Shown here in pieces: positions 8,362 through 16,750 of a DNA stretch of 34,456 bases (position 1 is its first letter; each line of letters opens with the position of its first letter). Location of the stretch: contig MGFR01000002.1 of NCBI GenBank assembly GCA_001791995.1, positions 1-34,456 on the forward strand. Direction: 5' to 3'. Both the position numbers and the translations under genes were made by a program. The notes beneath the pieces were generated by a model, which was given only the letters and a program-made list of their open reading frames with translations, searched no databases and was not told where the DNA came from. Source of the DNA: Candidatus Woesebacteria bacterium RBG_13_46_13. GTDB taxonomy: Bacteria; Patescibacteriota; Microgenomatia; UBA8517.

Positions 8362-9642
8362 ATGAGATTCGTCAGTGGCTTGATAGGATTTATCCGTAGG
8401 TACAGCGTACTTTTTGTGCTGGTATCGATTTTCTTGATTAAAACCCCACCTTTCTACCTTTTTCCACCCATAAAGAGTTCTCTTCTAACCACCCACACCC
8501 TTTCCCGTCTTTTTATTCTTTTGGCCTTTGCTGGAATTTATTGGGAGGAGATAAGAGAGAAGGCTAAGCCTTTAGGGCAGAATGCAAAACTGCTTTTATG
8601 GTTCTTTGTCGTTTATCTTATTTTTCAATCTCTTTCTCTCGTCGGAGCCTCAAATGTCATCGGCTTCCTGCAAAGATATAAAGATGTTGTGTTTCCGGGC
8701 CTTCTTTTGTTTGTGGTTGTGGCCAGGAGGATAAAAAGAGAAAAAGTAGTTCTAATATTCCTTCTGGCGGCCAGTGTGAATTTTGTTTACCAGATGATAA
8801 TGTTTTTCTTACCCCACATCTTTAGAAGCTGGGGGAACGAATTGGTTTACTCCGGTCATTTAGAATTGGTTCTTATCAATCTCGAAAGAGGCCGGATGTT
8901 TATAGAAACGTACGATGAGATAGCAATACCGTTTATATTTTTTCTCCTTGCCAAGCATAACGGTAGGTGGGCACGGATAGGCTTGATTGCCATCTTTTTG
9001 ATGGTCGCGCTGCCCAGCTTTCTTTCCAACTTCCGCTCGCGTGCGGGAATACTTATCATTGCATTTTTAGCCTCTTTTCTCTTTTTGACGGGCCGGAAAA
9101 TTAAAGAGAAGATTGTCCTTGTGTGTCTTTTCCTGTTCTTGGCCATGACCGCGGTTATCGTTTCGAATACATTCTTCGGCTTTTCGGTGGTGGACAGATT
9201 TGCTCTTAGGGATACCCGGGAAGATGTGGAAACTCTTCTGTATCGGGCCGAAAACATCGGAACCTCTGTTGATATGGGAATTTCCCAGCCGCTAACGGGG
9301 ATAGGTTTGGGCAACTATTTTGATAACCTGGCTACGAGTAAAAAAATGAGCAAATCCCTTTTTAACTGGGTTCAGAGAGAGGCCGAGATTGCATCAACTA
9401 ATCCCCACGACATTTTTTTGCAAACCCTTTCGGAGACTGGAGTATTAAGCTTAATTTTCGTAATTATGCTTTTAGGGTACTTTGCTTATTCAGATATTAT
9501 TGCTCTAAAGTCTAAGGATTATTTGACCAAGGCTCTTATTATTGCCTTTTGGACACTTTTCTCGTATTCACTTTTTAATCCCACAACCACCCTGGGTTAT
9601 AACTCACTATTTTGGCTTTTACGGGGACTAATTATTTTATGA
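8362..9642 (+). CDS. O-antigen ligase/O-oligosaccharyltransferase-like (Wzy_C) membrane protein, type A copy 1
   Basis: Multi-TM; SNFRSRAG; loop R...I...MGISQPLTGIGLGNY; NPHDIFLQTLSETG. Paralog of 21950-23257. Confidence 0.85.
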   Translation: MRFVSGLIGFIRRYSVLFVLVSIFLIKTPPFYLFPPIKSSLLTTHTLSRLFILLAFAGIYWEEIREKAKPLGQNAKLLLWFFVVYLIFQSLSLVGASNVIGFLQRYKDVVFPGLLLFVVVARRIKREKVVLIFLLAASVNFVYQMIMFFLPHIFRSWGNELVYSGHLELVLINLERGRMFIETYDEIAIPFIFFLLAKHNGRWARIGLIAIFLMVALPSFLSNFRSRAGILIIAFLASFLFLTGRKIKEKIVLVCLFLFLAMTAVIVSNTFFGFSVVDRFALRDTREDVETLLYRAENIGTSVDMGISQPLTGIGLGNYFDNLATSKKMSKSLFNWVQREAEIASTNPHDIFLQTLSETGVLSLIFVIMLLGYFAYSDIIALKSKDYLTKALIIAFWTLFSYSLFNPTTTLGYNSLFWLLRGLIIL

Positions 9643-10628
9643 GAGTCATTATCGACGGGCACATGCTGGGCAGGAACGAGGGCGGTAACGAACGCTATGT
9701 AAAAGGGATAATTAAAGGCTTATCTCCCCTTAAAAATATTAAAACAAGAATTTACAGGAGCCACACCAGGGGTGTAGTCGCGGATCTTAAACGCGTATTT
9801 ATCGATTTACCGCGCCAGGCAGAAGGGTTTAGGGCCGACATTGTTCACGCAACCTACATCGGTCCTCTTTGGGGAAGAGGAAGACTGGTCTTGACGGTTC
9901 ATGACTTTCTTTTCAGGCGGAATCCCGAATTTTTCTCCCTCAAAGAGCAGCTGGTGTTTGGCCTGCTTCTTCCGTTATGTTTGAAACGTACCTCGGCGGT
10001 AATTGTGCCGTCGAATTTTGTCAAAAAGGAAGCCGTAAAATTCTACCCTTGGCTTAAAAATAAGGTTTTCGTGACTTACGAGGCAGCCGACGGAGTTTTT
10101 TCGTATAAACGGTCTAAAAAAGCCCGGAAGCCTTATCTTCTTGCCTTCAACAGTAAAAACCCCAAGAAGAATATCGCCAGGGTAATCGCTGCTTATGGGA
10201 TAGTTCAAAAAAGCCTTCCCCAGACGGAATTGTTGGTCGTCGGGCCCCGCGTGGCCGCAGGAGAAGGTGTGACTTTCGTAGAAAATGTCGGTGAGCGCAA
10301 GTTGGCGCAGCTATACCACGGATGCGAGTGTCTGGTTTATTTCTCGCTATACGAAGGCTTCGGCTTACCCATTCTTGAGGCTTTCATTGGAGGAGTGGCC
10401 GTCGTTGCCTCGGATATCCCCGTTCACCGGGAAATTGCCGGGAACGCAGCCCTTTTCGCAAAACCGAAAAACCCTCAAGATTTGGCGGATAAGATCATTA
10501 AATTATTAGGCAACCCTTCTCTGAAGGCAAAGCTGGTTCGAAAAGGAAGAGAAAGAGCGGCCACCTTTAGTTGGGAAAAAACCGGCAAGGAGACGGCAGC
10601 AATTTACAGGAGGGTTCTTAAGCCATGA
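9639..10628 (+). CDS. Glycosyltransferase family 4 (mannosyltransferase-like)
   Basis: MRVIIDGH, LTVHD, SLYEGFGLPILEA, VASDIPVHREIAG, FSWEKT. ATG overlaps the upstream TGA (ATGA). Confidence 0.92.
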   Translation: MRVIIDGHMLGRNEGGNERYVKGIIKGLSPLKNIKTRIYRSHTRGVVADLKRVFIDLPRQAEGFRADIVHATYIGPLWGRGRLVLTVHDFLFRRNPEFFSLKEQLVFGLLLPLCLKRTSAVIVPSNFVKKEAVKFYPWLKNKVFVTYEAADGVFSYKRSKKARKPYLLAFNSKNPKKNIARVIAAYGIVQKSLPQTELLVVGPRVAAGEGVTFVENVGERKLAQLYHGCECLVYFSLYEGFGLPILEAFIGGVAVVASDIPVHREIAGNAALFAKPKNPQDLADKIIKLLGNPSLKAKLVRKGRERAATFSWEKTGKETAAIYRRVLKP

Positions 10629-11725
10629 GAATTGCCATCATTGGGGTCCGCGGTGTCCCCGTCATCTATAGCGGCTTTGAGACGCTGGCAGAGAAGCTCT
10701 CCGTGGGTCTGGTAAGAAAGGGGCACAGTTTAACCGTCTATTCGAGAAGGGGCTATGTCAACCCCGAGAGAAGCTCTTACAAAGGGGTAAAAATAATTAC
10801 TCTTCCTGCCCCCGGAGGCAAAAACTGGGAAACTTTTGTGCACAGCCTCGCTTCGACCTTGCACGCCTGTATTAAGGGGAAATATGAGCTTATTTACTTT
10901 GTCGGGGTAGGCAGCACAATTTTTAGTATTTTACCCAGGATTTTGGGCATAAAAACCGTGGTCAATGTCGACGGACTGGATTGGCGTAGGGAAAAGTGGG
11001 GGCCAGTCGGGAAGGTTTATTTGGCTTTTTCGGAAGTTCTGGCCTGCTTTCTTCCCAACAGGGTTATTACCGACTCCTTATATATAAAGAGGTATTACCG
11101 CAGAAAATACGGGAAAGAAACCGTTTATCTGCCTTACGGCTTCGAACCTTATACGGGTAAAAACAGGCAAATACTGGCCAGGCTAGGACTTTCCGCGGGA
11201 AAATATATTGTCTGGGTGGGTCGGCTGGTGCCGGATAACCATACGGATGAGCTTATTAGGGCATTTAAGAGCCTTGAGACCCCCTTGAAATGTGTTGTCG
11301 TGGGAGATGATCGGCTAAACGGTGGATATAAGCGGAAAATTAAAAATCTTGCCGGGGGTGAGGCTCGCATCATCTTTACAGGCTTTTTGGACAGGGAGAA
11401 GTATTCGGCTTTGGTTAAAAACGCTTTGTGTTATGTGGAGACCAAGCGCTCCGGAGGGACCCATCCCTCCTTGGTCGAGGCGATGGGCTTTGGGACTTTG
11501 GTTATCTCGAATAGCCATTCGGCAAACAGAGAAGTTGCGGGGGCCGGAGCGATTTATTACCAGAAGGGATCGGTCAAAAGTTTAGTCAAGGCGGTAAAGG
11601 TGGCCGTTAAAGGGCGGGGTACGGCCAAACTTCGGAAGATTAGCCTGAACATTGCCAAAAGCAGATATTCTTGGACTCCAATAATTAGGGCATACGAAGA
11701 TCTGTTCAGCAGCCTTACTGGATAG
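10625..11725 (+). CDS. Glycosyltransferase family 4 (DUF1972/Cps2T-WchF-like N-terminus)
   Basis: MRIAIIGVRGVPVIYSGFETLAE, NVDGLDWRREKW, VGRLVPDN, GGTHPSLVEAM, YSW. Confidence 0.9.
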   Translation: MRIAIIGVRGVPVIYSGFETLAEKLSVGLVRKGHSLTVYSRRGYVNPERSSYKGVKIITLPAPGGKNWETFVHSLASTLHACIKGKYELIYFVGVGSTIFSILPRILGIKTVVNVDGLDWRREKWGPVGKVYLAFSEVLACFLPNRVITDSLYIKRYYRRKYGKETVYLPYGFEPYTGKNRQILARLGLSAGKYIVWVGRLVPDNHTDELIRAFKSLETPLKCVVVGDDRLNGGYKRKIKNLAGGEARIIFTGFLDREKYSALVKNALCYVETKRSGGTHPSLVEAMGFGTLVISNSHSANREVAGAGAIYYQKGSVKSLVKAVKVAVKGRGTAKLRKISLNIAKSRYSWTPIIRAYEDLFSSLTG

Positions 11726-12527
11726 AACCGATGACGAAGTCTTGGAAGTTGAAATTGGGTGTCCAAATTTCCAGGAAGGAGCCGCTGTTTAAGAGCTTAA
11801 GTTCCCCGAAATAGAAGGCCCCGTCCCTCTTCAGTGCTTTAATTTTGGCCTTTACGCTAATATACCTGACGGAATCTAAGGTTCCCGCATTGAAATTTCC
11901 GTAATAGTCATTTTCAATGACCGAAGTCGCTTTTTGGTTCTTGGAAACTACTTCAAAAACCACATTTTCACCGTCAAAATATTTATCGCCTATCTTTATC
12001 GCGTCATACTCCCAGGGGTAGGCATACTTTTTGGTTAGATAAACCGTTTTTTCCACATATTCATCGTTGAACGGCTCTTTGGATATTTCCATAATGGTTC
12101 CCGTAATCAGAGTTTTGTTGGTCTCAATTTCGATGGGTGTTCCGACAACCAAACTCGAACGCTTGAACGAATATTTTTGGCTCTTGTCGTTGTAGCTAGC
12201 CGAAAGCTTAACTGTTAAGAATATATCGTACTTGTTATCGGGGCGGGTTTTGTCGAATGAAGGGTAATAGCGAACCGAAGCTATTTGCGCAACCGGCTGT
12301 CCCAAGAGCGAGTATTCGGTATCATCCTTGGCGATTGCCCGTAAAAAGTAGGCATCGGGCCTTGAGGTTACTGACCACCAGAGACCTTGGGAAACCTGCA
12401 TTTTAATATAGACGACCCGGTTATTTGGCTTGGCAAGTTTTAATAAAGCGAAGAGGACAATAAGAGCAGGAATCAAGACCAGAAAAACGAGCAGCAGGGG
12501 TAGGGCTTTCTTTCTTTTCGCCGACAT
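11715..12527 (-). CDS. Membrane-anchored hypothetical protein (DUF4330-like), copy 1
   Basis: Basic N-terminus plus TM; two internally similar beta-rich halves. Clear paralog of 23208-24011 (QGLWW, VRYYP, YDIFLTVKL, VGTPIE, FNFQDF). DUF label is by resemblance only. Confidence 0.65.
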   Translation of the reverse strand: MSAKRKKALPLLLVFLVLIPALIVLFALLKLAKPNNRVVYIKMQVSQGLWWSVTSRPDAYFLRAIAKDDTEYSLLGQPVAQIASVRYYPSFDKTRPDNKYDIFLTVKLSASYNDKSQKYSFKRSSLVVGTPIEIETNKTLITGTIMEISKEPFNDEYVEKTVYLTKKYAYPWEYDAIKIGDKYFDGENVVFEVVSKNQKATSVIENDYYGNFNAGTLDSVRYISVKAKIKALKRDGAFYFGELKLLNSGSFLEIWTPNFNFQDFVIGSIQ

Positions 12528-12562
12528 ATTGCTATGATAGTCTATAGCAGAAAAGGCCGCAA

Positions 12563-13639
12563 ATGAAAATCGTCAGACACTTCGCGATTATTTTTACAAC
12601 AATTATCCTTTTCTTGGGAGGGATTGGTTACAATCTTCTGCCTGTAGAAATAATAGCGGTACTCATCTCTTGTTATCTCTGCCTTCTGGCTGCAGTTGGC
12701 AACAAAAGATTTCTTTTACCTAAGGGTTTTGGAGTATTTGTCCTTTTCTTAGCTGCCCTGGTGGCTCATTCGTATTGGGAAGAAAAAATCCTCGTTACGA
12801 ATTATTTCATCATGTATTTGGCTGGGGGATTGTTTTGGATAGCCTTTTATAACCTTAGGTCTTATTTCGAGAAATATTACGGCTTAATGATTGTTTTACT
12901 GGCAATTGCCTTCGGGTTTTTATTTTTTTTGTTCGCAAAAGGAGGCGATATCGGAACCTGGAGCCTGTTCTTAACCTCCTCAACCTACAAGAACCATAAC
13001 CACATCGGAGATATCTGGGCTTTAACGCTTGCGGTAATTTTCTATACATCTCTTAATAAGGCAAAACTTTGGCATTTCCTTTTAGGATTGGTGGGAGTGT
13101 ATCTGATGGCAATTTCCCTATCCCGTTCAGCCTATGCCGCGCTTTTTGCTGGCGTTATTTTTGTAGCCTTCAGAAAGGGATGGATTAAAAAAGCCAGATA
13201 TGTTTCTTTGGCTACCCTGACAGTCTGTGCTGCGCTTTTGGTTTATGCCGGAACCCAAAAGACAACCTTGTTTGCACGACCTTACTATATTCAAGCCGTC
13301 GTTGGCTTTTTAAGGAATCCCTTAGGGGTAGGGATGGGTAATTTCAGCATTATCTCTGCGGATCCAATAAATCACCTGCTGGGTTTTAAAGATTTCGCCG
13401 GTTTTACCCACAATATCGTTCTTGAAGTTCTGGTTGGTTTGGGAATTTTCTCTCTCCCTTTCATCATCTGGTTCTTTCTCGTCTGCAGGAGCGTCTGGCA
13501 GAAATCTAAAACCAGGCTGTTCTCTTCAATGATATTCGTAGTGCTCTCGGTAAACCTGTTGCTTGACAGTACTTATAATATTCCTACAATGTTATGGCTT
13601 TGGTTTATGTCCATCGGGCTTGCCCAGGCGGAAGAATGA
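12563..13639 (+). CDS. O-antigen ligase-like (Wzy_C) membrane protein, type B copy 1
   Basis: Multi-TM; NHNHIGD, SLSRSA, RPYY...NPLGVGMGNF, THNIVLE. Paralog of 29916-30980. Confidence 0.82.
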   Translation: MKIVRHFAIIFTTIILFLGGIGYNLLPVEIIAVLISCYLCLLAAVGNKRFLLPKGFGVFVLFLAALVAHSYWEEKILVTNYFIMYLAGGLFWIAFYNLRSYFEKYYGLMIVLLAIAFGFLFFLFAKGGDIGTWSLFLTSSTYKNHNHIGDIWALTLAVIFYTSLNKAKLWHFLLGLVGVYLMAISLSRSAYAALFAGVIFVAFRKGWIKKARYVSLATLTVCAALLVYAGTQKTTLFARPYYIQAVVGFLRNPLGVGMGNFSIISADPINHLLGFKDFAGFTHNIVLEVLVGLGIFSLPFIIWFFLVCRSVWQKSKTRLFSSMIFVVLSVNLLLDSTYNIPTMLWLWFMSIGLAQAEE

Positions 13640-14427
13640 AGGTTGATAAAGAATATTTTCTGAGCCAGGCGGGGTTTAGTGTCAGGGTGGTTTTTAAACC
13701 CACCGAGTTCGGCTACGCACAGAAAGTGCTGATTTCTTCCTTTCAAAAAGCTTGGGCTGGTTTTCTTTCCCGCCGTTCAAAAAAGGTTGATTTTACGGTT
13801 GTTGTTTCTTCGGACGCGGGAGATAAAGAAATCCTGGTCAGGGGGGGCAGGCGATATTATTACCTGACCTATACGCGTGATTTTGCGCACGGCAAAATCG
13901 ACACCTACTACACGGTTAACCTCAGGGGACTGGACCTTCTTTTTAGGGAGATATTTGCCTTTCTTATTCGCAAGGACGGCTTTTTGCTGCACGCATCAAG
14001 CGTGGTGGACAGAAAAGGAGCACTCTCCGTTTTTATGGCCCGTTCGGGAGGGGGAAAGACCACAACAGCCAGTCTTTATAAGGGTGGAGGCTATTATAAA
14101 TTTGGCGACGACATTATTCTTGTCAGGAAAATGTCTGGACGTTGGAAATTTTTCAGCCCCCCTTTTATTGAGAAAAACGAGATTCCTCGTAAAAACCAAG
14201 CTTCGAGGGCAAAGTTTTATGTAGTCAAAAAGGCGCTCAAACCCAACCTTGCTCTTATAAAGGAAAAGAAAGTTCTGCTTCCTTTTTTGCTTGGACAAAT
14301 ATGGCTAAACCGTGGTACTTTAGAAAAACCGGTATTAAAGACCGCTTTATTGTTCCTGATGGAAAACAACTTCTCTGAACTTGGGGTAGTCCTTAACGGT
14401 AGAAAGATGCGAAAGATTATCAAATGA
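13636..14427 (+). CDS. HPr kinase-related P-loop kinase (putative peptide kinase)
   Basis: GFLLHASSV, Walker A ARSGGGKTT, KFGDDIILVR. Start at ATGA overlap 13636; immediately upstream of PqqD. Confidence 0.78.
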   Translation: MKVDKEYFLSQAGFSVRVVFKPTEFGYAQKVLISSFQKAWAGFLSRRSKKVDFTVVVSSDAGDKEILVRGGRRYYYLTYTRDFAHGKIDTYYTVNLRGLDLLFREIFAFLIRKDGFLLHASSVVDRKGALSVFMARSGGGKTTTASLYKGGGYYKFGDDIILVRKMSGRWKFFSPPFIEKNEIPRKNQASRAKFYVVKKALKPNLALIKEKKVLLPFLLGQIWLNRGTLEKPVLKTALLFLMENNFSELGVVLNGRKMRKIIK

Positions 14428-14681
14428 GGCTAAAAAAAGGGGTTTTGATTCAAAAATTGGGCGACACGTTCGTTGCCTACGACAACGATGCCTCCGTAAT
14501 GCATGAGCTAAACGAGGTGGCCTACATTATTCTTTCGGAGATTGAAAAAAGAAAAGGCAAAAAGGAAATCTTACTAAAAATAATGAAAGCCTTTTCCGTT
14601 TCCGAAAAAGAGGCCAAAAAAGACTTGGACGAGTTTGTTCAGGATCTTAAAAAGGTCGACTTGATTGTGGAGAAGAAATAA
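14424..14681 (+). CDS. PqqD family protein / RiPP recognition element (RRE)
   Basis: 85 aa with three-strand then three-helix layout; HELNEVAYIILSEI...EILLKI...FSVSEKEAKKDLDEFVQDL...LI matches the PqqD pattern. Confidence 0.88.
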   Translation: MRLKKGVLIQKLGDTFVAYDNDASVMHELNEVAYIILSEIEKRKGKKEILLKIMKAFSVSEKEAKKDLDEFVQDLKKVDLIVEKK

Positions 14682-15805
14682 TCCAGTGCATCTTTTGAAA
14701 AGATAACCCTTAGCCGTTTGGATAACGGAAGGGTTGAAAAAACCAGAGAAAAAATTAACTTTTTTCCCGCCTCGATGGCTTTTGTATCGGTGTCAAAAGG
14801 GGAAGTACGAGTAGCATAAAAACCTGCCAGGCGCATAAAAAGAGGGATTCGGGCTTCTTTGGGTAAACTTAGGCCCCCAAAAAACTTGTTAAACACCAAG
14901 ACAGAGGGGTAGATAATATACTCATAACCATATCTCCTTGCCCTATTTAAGACGATATCCATATCGGGTTTGTCTTGGCCAATAACGTTTGCGATAAGCT
15001 CCATCCTATGGATTCCCTGAAAATTGTGATGGAAAAGGTGCAAAAGGAGGTAAAGGAGCAGATCTTCTTTTATCAGTATGGGGAACCGGTTATTCCCGAC
15101 TTTTACCGCTTTTGCATTAGAAAATAATTCACGCCCGTAGACGGCGATTGAAGGAATTAACTCATTAAATCTTAAGGCTTTGGTAAATCCTATCGCCGGA
15201 GCAAAATGAACGTCGATTATTACGGCATAGGGTTTTACCTTCTTGACGAAGGAAATTTGGGAATATTTATTTACCGGTTTATGCAAAAGTGTGGGTTCGA
15301 TTGCCTCATAACCCAGCTGCTTAAAAATTTTTCCGATTTGGGGAAAGTCGTGTAGTCTAACAAGGATGTCGGCGTCAAAATAAAGTCTCTTGGGAATTTT
15401 CCCCGAATAGATAAGTTGAATCGGTAACCCCTTAAGCAGCACATAGTCGATATCTGATTTCTTTAGCCTTTTGTTTAAAAGCCCGAGCTCGGTTAAATAG
15501 GTGAGGGATTGGGAAAGATAAACGTGCGAAAGCGCTATCATCCGTCCATTACGTAAAACTTTCTCGACTTTTCCCAAGATTTCATTTTTGTTTAATATTC
15601 CGTCGGACTTGAGGTTGTTGTCGCCTTTGGTAATATAATTTGCTTCATCGGGAATATATATCACCCTGTGGACGATGACCTTTTCTTCTCTCCTGAAAGC
15701 AACAACGTCGTTTACTTTGTAAGATCTGCCTTTTTTGATAAACGGTTTATCGGTGGGCAAAATTAAGGGGGCCATGCTTGTGCCGAAGGATAAAGGGTGG
15801 CGCAT
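14639..15805 (-). CDS. S26 (S24/S26) serine peptidase fused to NTP_transf_5-like nucleotidyltransferase, copy 1
   Basis: N-terminus GTSMAP...DVVAF...VHRV...ITKGDNN...ILGKV (Ser/His type, no TM); C-terminus VLLKG...KRLYFDADILV...IDVHF...LLLHLFHH. Confidence 0.85.
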   Translation of the reverse strand: MRHPLSFGTSMAPLILPTDKPFIKKGRSYKVNDVVAFRREEKVIVHRVIYIPDEANYITKGDNNLKSDGILNKNEILGKVEKVLRNGRMIALSHVYLSQSLTYLTELGLLNKRLKKSDIDYVLLKGLPIQLIYSGKIPKRLYFDADILVRLHDFPQIGKIFKQLGYEAIEPTLLHKPVNKYSQISFVKKVKPYAVIIDVHFAPAIGFTKALRFNELIPSIAVYGRELFSNAKAVKVGNNRFPILIKEDLLLYLLLHLFHHNFQGIHRMELIANVIGQDKPDMDIVLNRARRYGYEYIIYPSVLVFNKFFGGLSLPKEARIPLFMRLAGFYATRTSPFDTDTKAIEAGKKLIFSLVFSTLPLSKRLRVIFSKDALDYFFSTIKSTFLRS

Positions 15806-15943
15806 CTAACAGGTACGGGCCGCGAGCATGAATTCCGAATCGATAGCGCTTCTGACTACACTTTTCCCATAGAAAGAAATTATGCTGACCTTTGAGGATT
15901 TGATCTTGGGCCTATGGTAACGCTTTAGCTTTTCGCCAGACAT
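15806..15943 (-). CDS. Putative RiPP-like precursor peptide P2 (45 aa)
   Basis: Manual translation MSGEKLKRYHRPKIKSSKVSIISFYGKSVVRSAIDSEFMLAARTC*; its TAG directly abuts the peptidase-NTase ATG. Paralogous to P1 and P3. Confidence 0.85.
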   Translation of the reverse strand: MSGEKLKRYHRPKIKSSKVSIISFYGKSVVRSAIDSEFMLAARTC

Positions 15944-15948
15944 AATTA

Positions 15949-16089
15949 TTAACCGCCTGAAACGCCTATCGCCAAAAGATATTCCGAATTCGAAGGATTT
16001 CTATAGGAACTTTCTCCGTAAAACGAAACAGGGGAAACTTTTGAGGATTTTATCCTTGGCTTGAGATAGATCCTTTTGGGCTTTGTCAT
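15949..16089 (-). CDS. Putative RiPP-like precursor peptide P1 (46 aa)
   Basis: MTKPKRIYLKPRIKSSKVSPVSFYGESSYRNPSNSEYLLAIGVSGG*; ATG overlaps the upstream stop (ATGA); 5-nt gap to P2. Confidence 0.85.
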   Translation of the reverse strand: MTKPKRIYLKPRIKSSKVSPVSFYGESSYRNPSNSEYLLAIGVSGG

Positions 16090-16709
16090 TGAGCCTTTCT
16101 TATCAATTCTAAATATAGTCTTTCCTCGGATTGAGTGTCAATAAGACTGATTATCTGCGTCAATTCGACAGTGTCGCCGATTCCGATATCTGTAAGCTTA
16201 ATTTGTTTTATTCCATCTGCTGTATTCTGTGTAACTACCACTGCGTTCACATCAGCTGGGGTAAACCTGGTTTTGATTTTTTTGTCGTCTTTGGCTATTT
16301 GGATAAAGTATGCATACTGGGTCTGTTTGGTTTGGTCCTCGGGCCCAAAATCAACTACTTCACCGAAGAGCTTCAACGATACGGATGCGTCCTTGATAAG
16401 CTCCTTCCTTTCCGACAAGGAATTAAACTGTGTTGCGTAATCAAACAATTTCTGCTCGGCGGATCTGGTTTGCGAGGGAGAAGGGGTGTTTGTGGGTATT
16501 GCGACATCTCGGGACTCCTCCTGGGTCGGAGCGGGAGACGGCCTGAGCAATTTAAAGAAGCTGCCCAGGCTTCCATTGGACACGTAATAGACGATCTCGG
16601 CCACAATTACCAGAAAGAATATTCCCAGAACAATAAATAGGATTTTTCTCAGGGGATTTCCGCCTTGGGGCGTTACTATCGCGCTTGTTCCTTGGGCAGG
16701 TCCATCCAT
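16086..16709 (-). CDS. Single-TM membrane-anchored hypothetical protein, copy 1 (directly upstream of the precursors)
   Basis: TM ILFIVLGIFFLVIVAEIVYY, Pro/Thr linker, C-terminal domain homologous to 32305-32916. Start ATG 16709 preferred over 16745. Confidence 0.75.
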   Translation of the reverse strand: MDGPAQGTSAIVTPQGGNPLRKILFIVLGIFFLVIVAEIVYYVSNGSLGSFFKLLRPSPAPTQEESRDVAIPTNTPSPSQTRSAEQKLFDYATQFNSLSERKELIKDASVSLKLFGEVVDFGPEDQTKQTQYAYFIQIAKDDKKIKTRFTPADVNAVVVTQNTADGIKQIKLTDIGIGDTVELTQIISLIDTQSEERLYLELIRKAQ

Positions 16710-16750
16710 TTTTTCAGTATAATAGACAAAGCTATTTAAATGCAATTAAA

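Noticed and set aside
15806-16089. Calling P1-P3 lasso peptide precursors
   Set aside because: The YxxPx[IL] leader motif is present, but there is no Thr at -2 before a Gly/Ser/Cys/Ala core start with Asp/Glu at positions 7-9 (counting from the residue after FY, Asp falls at position 10 in P2/P3). No lasso cyclase or B2 protease is in the window.
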